Of a DNA stretch of 64,000 bases, positions 37,313 through 49,529 are shown in pieces; position 1 is the first letter of the stretch; the number at the start of each line of letters is the position of its first letter. This DNA comes from Tubulanus polymorphus. Lineage: Eukaryota > Animalia > Nemertea. The DNA is taken from positions 4,611,950 through 4,675,949 of the forward strand of contig NC_134026.1 of NCBI RefSeq assembly GCF_964204645.1, given 5' to 3'. The translations under genes were made by a program, and so were the position numbers. The notes beneath the pieces are model-generated. The model did no database searches. It saw nothing but the letters and a program-made list of their open reading frames with translations, and was not told the DNA's origin.

Positions 37313-40300
37313 TTATCCATCATCTACTAGATATCGCTGTGACGATGATTTCTTCATATTCCCGCCATCACCTTCATTAGTGTAAGTGTCCATCACCGAA
37401 TCGGACACCGTATATAAATCGTAGCCCCTGTACTTCATGCGGTCTTCTGCGCCACCTAGCGGCGATTCCTTGGTCTTCATACGATGGACGCAACACATGA
37501 GGAAAAGTAGAACGAGAACGATGACAAACGCGGTCAGTGGACCCGCTAATTTCCAAGCCATTGATCGCACTGGAAAATAATAAGTGGTAGAGAAATCTAT
37601 TAACAGTCCCTGCAATAAAAATTAAGAAGATCGTGTGCTGTTTAGCATAAGGCCAACAGTATTTTCATATTGATCAATGAGAAGCAATAACAGCGAATTG
37701 TTCGGCTAGTTCTTGCTCCAAGTCCCAAAATGATTAATCTTGTCACCAAGTATGCCAGATATATTTCCTAATGTTATAGGTAACTGTTTTGTAAATCGCT
37801 CATTATATATATCATTTAACAAATACAGATTCACTTTGCATGAAGCTTGGCAGCAAAACAAAATAACAATGATGCAAATCTATTAAATCTATAGTTTATG
37901 CGTTATGTAAATTGAAAACCAAACACCGCTGTTAACAATGGTGCAAATCTTTATGTAAATTGAAAACTGCTATCAAGTAGTCATTACTCTGAAATCATAC
38001 ACGATCGTCGCACAGTTTTCGTCCTGAAATATCTTACCCCGACTGGCATCGCAACTTTCATATTGTTCGTCGGAATAGTCACCACAGTCATCATTACCAT
38101 CACAGACTGATCCTAGCGGTATACAGCGTGCGTTTCGACATCTCCATAATTTACCATCTGGACAAGGGACGGGCGGTAAATCTTAAAGAAATACAGGAAA
38201 CCTTCAGTTCTATCCTAATCGATTTAATTTTTGTGATAAAACGACGGAAAAGCCGACGAAAATAGTGTTCAGTTAATATGCTGATCATACACATACGAAA
38301 ACTAAAAACAAACATTTTTCGACTGCTTTATAAGCAGCTAGAAACGACTGTGAGACAACATACCATATTTGCTACATTCGTTGTCCATTATAGTGACGTC
38401 ATCAATGAATACTTCCAACGGATCAGATACGATTATTCTTTCCCAGACGTAGGTAATTCTGACCTGCAAAACACTGTATACAGTGAGCGGTGGTTTTCTT
38501 TCTACGTAGTATCTCATATCAGCCATATATCAACTTGTCCAACAATTTACCTGATAATACGGACCGGCGGGATATAAATTGATTTTTCTATTCATCCAAA
38601 TATCAGTGTCTGAATCAAGTGAGATCGTTCCCAATACACCGATTTTGCCACGTCGCAATTCGACCACTTTTATTTCCGATTCTCGAACGGCGAACGTGTT
38701 CCTGGCGAAAAACCAGAAATATAGGCAGGCAATGTGCGTTTTATTAGCCGGTATCCATGGACTATGTAGCGATGCTCTTTGCCAACGCGTTTCGTTATGA
38801 GAGTCGTTAACGTATAGATAACGACCGTTGTGCAACCCTACAACAGCAAAATCAACAGCACGTTGGTTATGACAAAAATCTGAAGACATTATCAGCAGGC
38901 AATACGAGCGTCAGACAAAGTCAAAATGACAATCGCGTCAGTAAGCGTCTTAATTCTGGAAGCGCATTATATGTCATTTCAAACTGCTTTTAACTTCTAT
39001 GAAGCGGTTCCATAAGAGAAATACTACACCATTCAAATACGGTATACGCCATGGCCATCGAAGCAATATACATATAGATGTTTTTCTTTTAAACATTTGA
39101 AATCTATTTACATACTATGGTGGCTGATAAGGGCCATAGCGTAAAATTCCTGGTATGTAAATGAGGGCGCCAGAACGCCAGAACGCCAAAACGAAAAAAA
39201 ACGTCGAAATTTCTCTGAAAGTTCGTTTTGGCGCGCCAAAACGGAGAAAATTCCGTTTTGGCGCCCCCACCAAAACGAACTTTCATTTTGGCGAACTTTC
39301 ATTATATATATATACGTAAATGGCCATGTATCTAGGATATACATAAAGTGTAAATAACACCTTTCTATTTGTTTACAACGCTTCCCCCATTTGGGTAGTA
39401 CTTCTGTTTTCAGAAAGTTTTAATACTGCATTGACAGTGTTCAGTGGCTGCAATTGGATTGATCATTTCCGCCCACATTGCAGGTGAATATATATTTTGC
39501 CTCCGACAGTTTCGTTTGCAACGGGAATGGCGGATATCACTTAATCCTCTACCGTCAGAAATGGCTCATTAGTGATTCCCGACGGCCGGAAATACAACCG
39601 GACACCCGTCCAATACTCGGGAAACCATGGTTGACGTAGCCGATAATGGAAACTCTCTTTCTGTCGTCAGGATTTTACTAACAAACCTACAAACCTATAG
39701 ATAAGTCTACAGGGCGATCCACTCAACGAGGATTTTGGATGTTGATATTACGATAAAACTGTATGAAATTACTTCACAATTCTCGAGAATCTAAAACATA
39801 ATGATTTTCTTAAATTTTCCCCTTAAGGAATAGACTGATAGTCAATATATACAAACATCATAGATGTCGTACGCGTAGATGTCGGACGCTTACCTGTATT
39901 AGGTTGGTTATAGTTAGGTGAACTGCTCGACGTACTGATGAGCCAGGAACCTTGCGGGTCTGCTTTCCAATTACAGGAATCTTTAGAAAAGTTACATCGC
40001 AATAACGGTACATCTTCTCCTGAAAGATAATATGTTCATCAGATAAAATGTCAGGCATGTATACTAAGGGTTTCTTTATGATTTCGGAACGTGGTATTGT
40101 AATAATTATTTTTTAAGTGGCGCTGGAAAGGACGTCGTAGGCAGGCTGTCACACTGGCAGGCTGTCTCACTGGCAGGTTGTCTCACTGGCAGATTGTCTC
40201 ACTGGTAGATTATCCCACTGACAGGTTGTCTCACTGAAAGGTTGTCTCGCTGTCGGTTCTACGTCTTGGAATCTGTTCCATTTTTGTCTATGATTATGAA

Positions 40301-43300
40301 ATAATTAATCTCATTTCCTAATAATAAAGTGAGTATAGAGCCTATGAATAAGATCTATACCTTAACTTGATATTATGGCTTTAAAGCACCATATATAGAG
40401 CTTTGTAAAGGGGGCTGGAGAAAGCCCGGGATTATTTCCGAAAATTGGCCATATGATCTTTATCTACCAAATTGATTTAAGTCTCGCCTTGTCTCAAGTG
40501 TTGACTCGGGAACCTGAAGTATTTTCCGGCCGAAAAGTAAATGATGGGCGATCAGACGCTTAAACTACCGGCTAAAATCAATTATTCGCCATCGTGGAAT
40601 CCAAAACACTCGTTGGCGAAGAAGATCGTTTACCTAAATTCTAGATCGATAGAAGATATTTTCCGCTGGCGAGCTGGCTTTATTGGATTTGCGACGCTAA
40701 AAATCCTCGCGTTGGCCGGCGGCAGCAGTGGCACAATCCAATAAGAGGTGAAACATTTAGAGACTTTCAAAGTACACGAATCTCAATTCAACCCAAACAT
40801 CAAACAAAGCAACGTGATCAAGTCACACTTCAATTTCCCAAGTTCAGTCTTGTTTCATGCAGCGGTTTCTTGACAAGGGTCGAATGGTCATTTGGTTAAA
40901 CAGGATGCATAGAAGCCTGTCGATGGAAGTTCCGCGCGAGTCGGCATATCCGTTTGCGAGCGGAAATTTAGCTTTCTCCGAGGACCTGGTTTCTTCTCTC
41001 CATTTTCATATTGATTCATATGCTGCCCTATCGATATCGATACAGATATATTGATTATTGATCGGTCACATTAATCGCAGAGGACTGGGCGAAAATCACC
41101 TTATTGTTATAATGCCATCATAATCGTCATGGTTACCCCTAAACCACATGTAGAATCCACGGGACTTCCGAATCACGAACTGCTTATTATGATAACCATG
41201 AACGTGCTCTTCTTAACATCCTTTGAGTGTTTCGATAACCGATAATTTCCCGATAGGTTTGACAATCCTAACTATGACTTCACGTTTGGTTTTTGCAAAT
41301 ATCTACTCAATGTAAGACCTTTTTCGGAAAATAAAACAATGTCTTGATATTTATGTATGTTATTGTGCCACCAACATCAAACACACCCACACACACATGC
41401 ATTCGGCACATACTCAAGTCTACCGGTTTGCGTGATACTGCCCTGAAAGCCGGTAACGGTTGCTTCAATGTTTTACCGAGAATTCATTTGATCATTGAAT
41501 AAGAGAATGACGAGGTCGAATCTACGTAGCTACACAACAAATGTTCGACATCATTAAATGCAGGAAAGACGCTTTGACAAAAATCAGAATGCATGTTTCA
41601 CGCAATCGCTACAAGAAGCCAATTTCATGACATCTCTATGCAGATTATTCGGATTATTTTGGTAGAACAGTTAAGCTCGTGCAAATTGAAAATATCAAGA
41701 AACAGCCTCAAAGTGTAAAAGCCTGTTAGTATATGTATAAAAACAAATTCGAAGCACTAAACCCAAAGATAAAACATTTTTGCAACAGAAAATAAGGTTT
41801 CACTGCTCTATTACTATCCGTTTTCCTAAACTCTGAGAAAGAGTGACCGATAGAAATCTACGAGCCACCATCAGCCAGTCGAAGAAAATTGGATTGCGCC
41901 AGAAAACTCGTACGCAATTACGGCCACAAATCGCTCGATATTCCCCGGTCAGCTTGGAGAATAGGTGGATATGATGTATTAGCTCATTAGTCATACGATA
42001 ACGATAATACCTGTCAGTTTGTAACGAAGAAAATACACGTTAAAAGAAAGATATATACAGGTCATTAGAGAAAATATGAATTATGCACCAGAGGAATTAT
42101 TTCGATGACAAACCGAATCTCTATCAATCAAAAAACAATTATTGATTATCAGATTATCAAACGGGCAGAGAAAGATGTCGCCATCGGTCCTATCAATGCT
42201 AAACGTATTACTTCGGAACTCATTGAAGCTACAGAAGGATTAGACACTTATGAAAAGATTCTCGATATACATGGAAATGCATTTTCAGAGTAGGTAATTA
42301 CATTTTACTAGTTTTCATGTTTGATGCATGGGTATTATAAACCAATATCGAGTCTCTTTGAAGTTGTCAGAACCTAAAGAAGACCGTCACCATCAAACAA
42401 GAGCGAAATGCGAGTTCGCTTTGAAGATACTTCGAAATATTCAGGGTTCAGGAACGAGAATACAGCTCGAAGCTCAATGATTTATGATCGGATCTCTTAT
42501 GCCTGAAAGTTTATTCTGTTTTGTTTCATTCTCTTGGGAATTTGTACTACTGACCAAGTGTATAGATATTTTTTGGGGGTTGCCGTCAAGGTATTTTATC
42601 TGGCGGGGAGGAATGCTGTTCATTATTATTTCTCCATCTCGTCAAAGGAGTCCGTGGAGCTGTACGAAGACGATCGGCGAGTCAGACATGCATACTGATA
42701 AGCGGCCAGCCCGAAACGCGGCCATGATAAGAACTCGGCGGAAGAAAAGGTGTGTATCATCCGGAAGATTATTTGCCTAATGACCTGTTGCAGATCTGGT
42801 GACAAGATCGAGCAAGACGTGTTGACCATTGTTAGTATTACGCGTGCTATTGGCGCCGGTTAATGTCAGCCCGATACTTGTTGGTCAATATCCAGCGAAG
42901 CTTTCATTAATTTGTCACAACCAAGCAAAGTAATAAACCGCACGCAAAAACTGACGGATACATATAAGACAGTTGATTTATTTATCTTCCCTCCCCGGGG
43001 CGGATTGTGTATACGTGTGCGGATGACATGCTGCCTATTCACTTCAAACAAGCCACCGGGAGATTTGCCTTTGATGGGAAAATCTTCTAGCAATCCCACC
43101 GGCCAAATAACCACGTTTATCGCTAAGCGCCGAACGAATTATCCATCGAATAGTTTCGTCAATTCGTGGATTTTATAGAGCCAGTAGATTAAGTCAGGTG
43201 CAAGTGTAAATTCTATCACGAGGCTCTTAACTAATTAGCCGGAAGAAGCAATTTTCACATCGTTTTGAAAGCTAATGTAGTGTATATTAGCCGGGATCAT

Positions 43301-44751
43301 AATCTCGGTTAGAATTCTAGTGTCTAAACATTGAATCATACAAATTTTAACTTTCAAAATGTGTCAAACATAAAACAACAACTGTGGAACTGGGTGTATA
43401 GATAGTATAGAGAAATTAAGTCATGATTATGAAAAAAGAATAAGGATATCATTTGATGTAATACGTGCCAATTGCGTGTTAGGATAGGATATTCGTGTCG
43501 GTTAAAAATATCATATATCATTTACAGTAATCTATATTCGGAAATTTCGTTGATTTGAATCGTATTCATACAAAATGTTCATCTATTTCACAAACTACGA
43601 CGCTACAAAAACATATATTAAAACCTATAGACTATCCAGGCGGAGGGCACAGGTGAAACGAGCTTCGAAAATCAACGCCATATTGTCATTTTGATTTGTT
43701 CGCTGTCGGGCGATAATTCGTTTTCGCAGGGCCCGACTGCTGCATAATCTAGCAGAGAACACTTGCCGCACGCCGATTCAACACCTTCGGAATTGACAAA
43801 ACTCAATTTACCGACCGAAGGCTGCGCGAGCGCGAAAAATCCCAATGTGAATAATCGTTAATGATAACCCGTCTCGCTAAAAGCTCCGAAGGATTCCATG
43901 TCACGGTAGGCGTCTGTGACGGATGCAATGATACACCTTCCCATGTACACATATATGTATGGAGTTTGTCTCGGAACGTGGGTATCGAGACTTCTATCCA
44001 ACGAACGATCTATTACAGTTCATTGTAATTTATTTCGTAAAAAAAGATTCATCAATTCCGATTTGCGCTGCCACAAACCGTCCGCGTCAAATGCGAAATT
44101 GTGCCCGTCAGCAAAGAAAGATACAGCGTATCAGATATCGTTTTGGCTTTTGATTAATGTCAAGGAATTTCCGCGGAAACAAAACGTCGTAGATTATTAG
44201 ATTCTGCGCCGCGTCGCGTTAATCTTGAAGTTTCAAAGCGACCGATGCATTAGAATTGACTTCTCGCCAGTGCATCGTATACTAAACAACCGGAGAAAAA
44301 TAAAATGGGTTTTGAATCGAGAATGAAACGAATTCATTATTGAGAATGAAAGATTACCACGATCTAAGAGGAGCCGTCTTGCTGTCAAAATCATTTACCC
44401 AATAAAGCTGCTATATGCACTAGTAGCGAAAGTTCGTACTCTTTAAGAAATCATATATTTATTTTTTCATATCTATGACTTGCACATTCACTGTACTGTA
44501 TAGCAGAAATAAACCATGATTTCAGTTTTTCGAATATAAGAAATTAAATGAATATATTCTACTTATGTAGTTGCTACAACATTTACTCATCTGAAGTTAG
44601 TAACAAATACAAAGGTAGTCACGTAGAATCTGAATTAAGATGGTTATAGATGAATGCAACGAAACTTACCTGCCACGGATTTTGGCGGTAAAGTAAAAAA
44701 TGCCAGATGAAACGATGCAAAAACACAAATCCACACAATATCGTTAGCCAT
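37313..44751 (-). CDS. Single-pass membrane protein: signal peptide + MAM + LDL-receptor class A + TM + short tail, 6 exons, ~331 aa
   Basis: Exons 44751-44670 (MANDIVWICVFASFHLAFFTLPPKSVA), 40019-39894 (CNFSKDSCNW..W), 38837-38551 (GRYLYV..ASLHSP..CLYFWFF..W), 38463-38364 (FIDDVTI..C), 38181-38038 (CPDGKLWRCRNARCIPLGSVCDGNDDCGDYSDE), 37569-37313 (TM then tail); all splice phases compatible. Confidence 0.82.
39165..39300. repeat. Nested palindromic repeat array (GCCAAAACG units)
   Basis: Outer arms tgaaagttcgttttgg (from 39216) / ccaaaacgaactttca (to 39285) enclose cgccaaaacgga / tccgttttggcg; tandem cgccagaa units precede it. Confidence 0.7.
40141..40252. repeat. 16-bp minisatellite, ~7 copies
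   Basis: Consensus gcagg(c/t)tgtctcactg, decaying toward the 3' end. Confidence 0.9.
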
Positions 44752-47042
44752 GAATGCGGACATATCTTGTTACGTTTATTACCCAACCGAATGCGGCTTA
44801 GAAAGCCGTTTCGAAATCAACGGGTACTAAGTCGACATATTCGCGAAGCAGCGGCAATGTATCAAATCAAGCGGTATCTCGTGGTTATTACTTTGATCGG
44901 TAGTCGTCGTCGCCTGTATGATGGCGTACAGCGACAGTTGCGTACCGCCGGTGACACGTCGCAGCAGCAACTAGAAGGGGACATAACGTTGTTTTATACT
45001 ATCTCCTTTGCTGCGTCTGTCGCAGTATATGAAAGTTTAATCAACGAGTGGGTTTAATCGTAATTCAATTCAAGACGTAATCGTCTTACGTCTCTCATCG
45101 CGTATCTCATCATGTTTTACGTTTCTCGTAGACAACAAGTATCGAATGAAATCCGCTCAATGGTTTCATTTCTATGGCATTGTGTTTTTTTTTGCTCAAA
45201 GTTTTCTGCTGCAACAATGATATCCAAATATCAAGATATGAAACATTTAAAAATGAAATGAACGGATTACTTAGATTAATTTAAGTTCATTAGTTATATC
45301 TGTTTTTTTCTCAATAAATACAATAATTTCTGATACGCTCAGGACATAATGTTTTTGTTCACGAAGGTCATGAGTAAGTATTTCAGCTTAGAGCAGCGGG
45401 AACACATCTGATTCTCGGATGACTATACGTCGCAGGGAAAAACAATCGCACGAAATGATTACCAGTCGTGTAGAACACCCCTCGGCGTTCAGCATTATTT
45501 CTCAGTCAGACACAGATTATGCGTTATTCATGTGCGCCACTATTCAATTGGTAGTTGGCAGTAAATTATTGACAACGGGATGTTTCGATCGGATAAAACT
45601 GAGAATCTTAAACTCAGTTTCTCATACTCATAAGTAGATTATGGTTGCTTTATGAGCGGTCATACATGTGTATACGTAAATAGATACATGATATGACTGG
45701 CCCGATTATTTTGCAAATCATTTTCCATATCTCTATTTTATATAAGTATAACTGAACAGTGGGGATAGGTTCGGAGAACCGAGTTTAAACTTAACGGTTT
45801 TTTTATCATACATTTTTAAGATATCGTTTATATTTTTTAGCATATACTTTAACGTCGATTCGTTTCTGTGATTTGCGAAGCTATTAGTCGAGTAGAAACG
45901 GTAGCTATAAATCCAACCATCGTGGTTTCGAGATGTACTAAATCTTAACGTATTTAGGCGTTTAATGACCTTATTTAGCCTACAGTCGTCCGTGAACAAA
46001 AAGCGAATTTTGTGATTAATTTGAATTCGTCAAACGAACCGTAAGCATATTCATTGGTGTCTTTCTTTCGTTGTGCAGTGTGTTTAATTATGGATATGTC
46101 AGGGTTTACGGATTTTTGCATATCGGACAAAAGGAACTGTTTTGAAACTGTATAGCTGAGCCGTAACTAATATTTATGGGATAAAGTTTGTTATAATACA
46201 CTTATAAAGTACTCTTCGCACAGTTTAAATATAATGTACCATTGTATTCATACTTTTTATGTACAATCATGAAAAACCAGTGAAATTAATTTCCCGAGAA
46301 CGTTCCCACACTCCTTTTCTCTATTTGTATTCGAATAGAGCGTGGATATAGGTAATGAGAGAAAATTTGCGATATTTTTTCCGAAGCCTAACAATCTGTA
46401 GGGCATTAAGCCTACCGCCCCGAGTCTTTGTTTGATTGCGTGTTGTTTTGACGATATTTAAGAAACGTGATCCGAATAAGAAATGACGGCTTTGGGGGCA
46501 AATGCGTTAGCGTGCGATTGTGTTTTCCAGTTGAATTCCACCGAATATCTGAAGTAGAAAACTTTGTGAAACTTTTGATTTATTCGAAACCATCAAAATA
46601 ACGAAGTATAGAATATTTGAGCGCGAATCAAATTAAAGTTGAAAACGACCCGACTGAAACCTCTATTTATAAAATAGTTAAGTGTCATTCAACGACAACG
46701 GCACAAGATATTCGATTTGCTTGAAGGGCAGAGTAATAAATATAAGGCAACAACAATTCGACGGTAATAACTAAGTGAGTTTTATATTTGTATGCGTCAC
46801 ACTTTCGAATTGCAATTTAAGCTATAAAATCGTAAGGGATTATTGACTCTTTACGTATGTACAAGATCGGATATAAAGCGGCTCTACTTCGGCAAAACTC
46901 CACTTAAGTTGTTTTCAAGCTGACTTTTACGATGATCACAATAAAATGAAAGGGTTCTGTTCGAAACAAGCTGATTAACTTTAAATCGTAGATTTTTCGT
47001 AGTTGGATATCAGAACGTTATATATACACGCATATAGGAAAC

Positions 47043-48164
47043 ATGAGTGGTGACGAATCTACGGAATATTTCGGGGGCAGAAAGAAAAAAAGTAACAAGC
47101 ATTTGGGTAAAGAAACATACAGAAAACAGGTAAAGTCTCCATGAATAAGTCTTATCATAATATTTTAAAGATTATGATTATGAAATCATTTCATTATTTT
47201 ATCTATTCATTTTCATTTGGAATTTATTTCAGCAAATAAGCCTGAAGTTATACTGTTGTTCTATTCATGTAAATTCTTAGAAATTCTTCTTTTTCAGTTG
47301 GAGTCATGCTTTCAAATGTATCAAAACCTAAATCTGGATTGTCCATTCTACGAAAGAGCCAAAACAGCCCCGGCTTTCGTCCGAGACAGGCGTAGAAAAA
47401 CTAAAGTGGCTTTCGCTGGCCAAGAGCCCCCTTCGACTGCACCGCTTCGTCTAACGAAGTCCACTATTAGAAGCCGCGAAATGGGAAGGAGAGGCACTAA
47501 AAAAGAGGACAGCGACGACGCTAACTCCGAATCAACGACGTCGTCAGCCGAGTTTGATAGTTCTACCGGTACGATCCGTCGTCGCCATAGATTTTTACCG
47601 ACCGATTTGAGCAATTTCCTTCAGTCTAAAGGTGTCGGGGATCCGAGAGAAAACTCGTCGTCAAGAGACCAGGAGGAGAAACAGGAGTCGACGAAACGTA
47701 GCAGTCGATTGGGCCGTAAAAAGCAAAAGATTTCGCCGTTCGTCCAAGACGAGATGCGATTTCGGTCGAAGTTAGACTACGTAGAGTCTTATTCGAAAGT
47801 GAAGTTGTTTTGCGAATATGAGAAACGTCGTTTCGAGGCGTTCAAAGACGACGCTTTGGAAGAGGACCAACAGAAGCTCATTCAGTTTGTAAATTTTCTC
47901 AATCAAACCGCACATCTCGGTAGGACGACTGCCGACGAGCTGGAAGCGAAATTGCCGGCAGATTTGCTCGCTCGCATTGAAACGTGGATCGTCGATTGCG
48001 AACAGTCGTTTGGTCTGCGCGGCCGGATCAACATCATCGAGGAAAGCGTCGCCAGCGCGATAGTCAATCGAAACGTGATGAAGAATCTGGATATTCCGAC
48101 CTTCAAACCGAAACCTCGAAAACCGCCGGCCAAAAAGCCAGAACGAGTTAGCGTTCTAAGATAA
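47043..48164 (+). CDS. Uncharacterised protein, 2 coding exons, ~317 aa
   Basis: Exon 47043-47129 (MSGDESTEYF...RKQ, cag|gtaaag) joins in frame to 47298-48164 (ttttcag acceptor); long stop-free frame with coding-like composition; no domain recognised. Confidence 0.7.
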
Positions 48165-49529
48165 GGAGAAACTCTAAGACGCGCCCACGCCGGCATATAT
48201 ATAGACTTAAAACAAGGCGACTATATCTTTATGACTCATTATAATCATTGTTTATATATCAAATACACAAATTTCATTTCTATACAACCTGAGTCCTGTT
48301 GTATCGTATGGCATTTGCTTTGGTAAAGTGATTCTCAAAGATCTTAATGCTGTAATCAAATGGAAGTAGCCCACTAAAACCTGGACTCCCAGGCCCTATC
48401 TAAAATGTAATTTTGAAACTCATAGACCGGAAGTATCAAATTTGGATGACAAGCAAGACGGATACAGATGTTTGGAATTCACGAATTCAAAAATTCAACT
48501 TGATGCAAGAGGTCTCTCTTTAATCAGTCTATCTTTTTCATATACAACGACGATGCATCCACCAGCTCAGCCTGTCAACATTTTAGAGGTTGTATAAACA
48601 TTAACAGTTTGATTAATAACCACCGTTAATATCCCCAAGATACGACAGAAATGGATGAATACGCCTTATTGGATCTAATATTAGACACAAATATTTCATC
48701 GTGTTTTAAACATGAAATTAATGTTCTTCTATTTAAGCAGGCCGTTAATCGGTGTAGACCTATATATAGGCCCTACAATGCGCCCACTTAATCTGATAAC
48801 GAACACCTCGACTATCTGGATTATCAATACAACCCTTTGTGAGGTAATATAATAACAATATGAAGTCCAGGTACTGCAAACAGTTGCGCAGTTACGTTGG
48901 TTACACATTTGATGTAGATCTGTGTTGGGAGGGGATGCATGTACGTATGCTTAATCGAAATCCTTTTGAAAATAATTCTATTTTTCAAAAACCACCGGAT
49001 TGCATTGTTGTTGTGGGTGATGATGAGACAAAATAGTGTCATATTTTCTGAGGTAAGTCCTGTGATGCTCTTCGGTTAAATCACTCAATAAGATAGGCCT
49101 ACTACGAAAATGAAAGTATATATATTTCGAATCCAATTCCGTGATTTGATGGTATTTTCAGTAGCCAAAATTACATGGAAGGACGGTCTAATTAGGCATA
49201 TAGCTACTCTCATTCAGCTCTAATCCATGCTAAGATATTAGAACTGAAATACATAGTTGTATAAAGGCTTCACTTGCGGTTTCGCGTGATGATATCATAG
49301 GTACATAGGTCTTGTCCGATGTCAAGTGTTTCCAACGCAACCGTTAATAATGGATCGCCACGTCCACCTTCCAACTTGGAAATCGTCCAATGCCTAGATA
49401 ATGGGGCTATTCATGAATTAACTAACATCCATTTATGCTTATATTATAAGTTCTTAAAATTGAAAGGTCTATATCGATGCGAATTAAGTACAATTTTCTA
49501 GATCAAGTGGGAACGAAGCTAGCTAAACC

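Noticed and set aside
40141-40252. Possible CRISPR-like array
   Set aside because: Head-to-tail 16-bp units with no unique spacers, in a eukaryotic intron with no cas genes.
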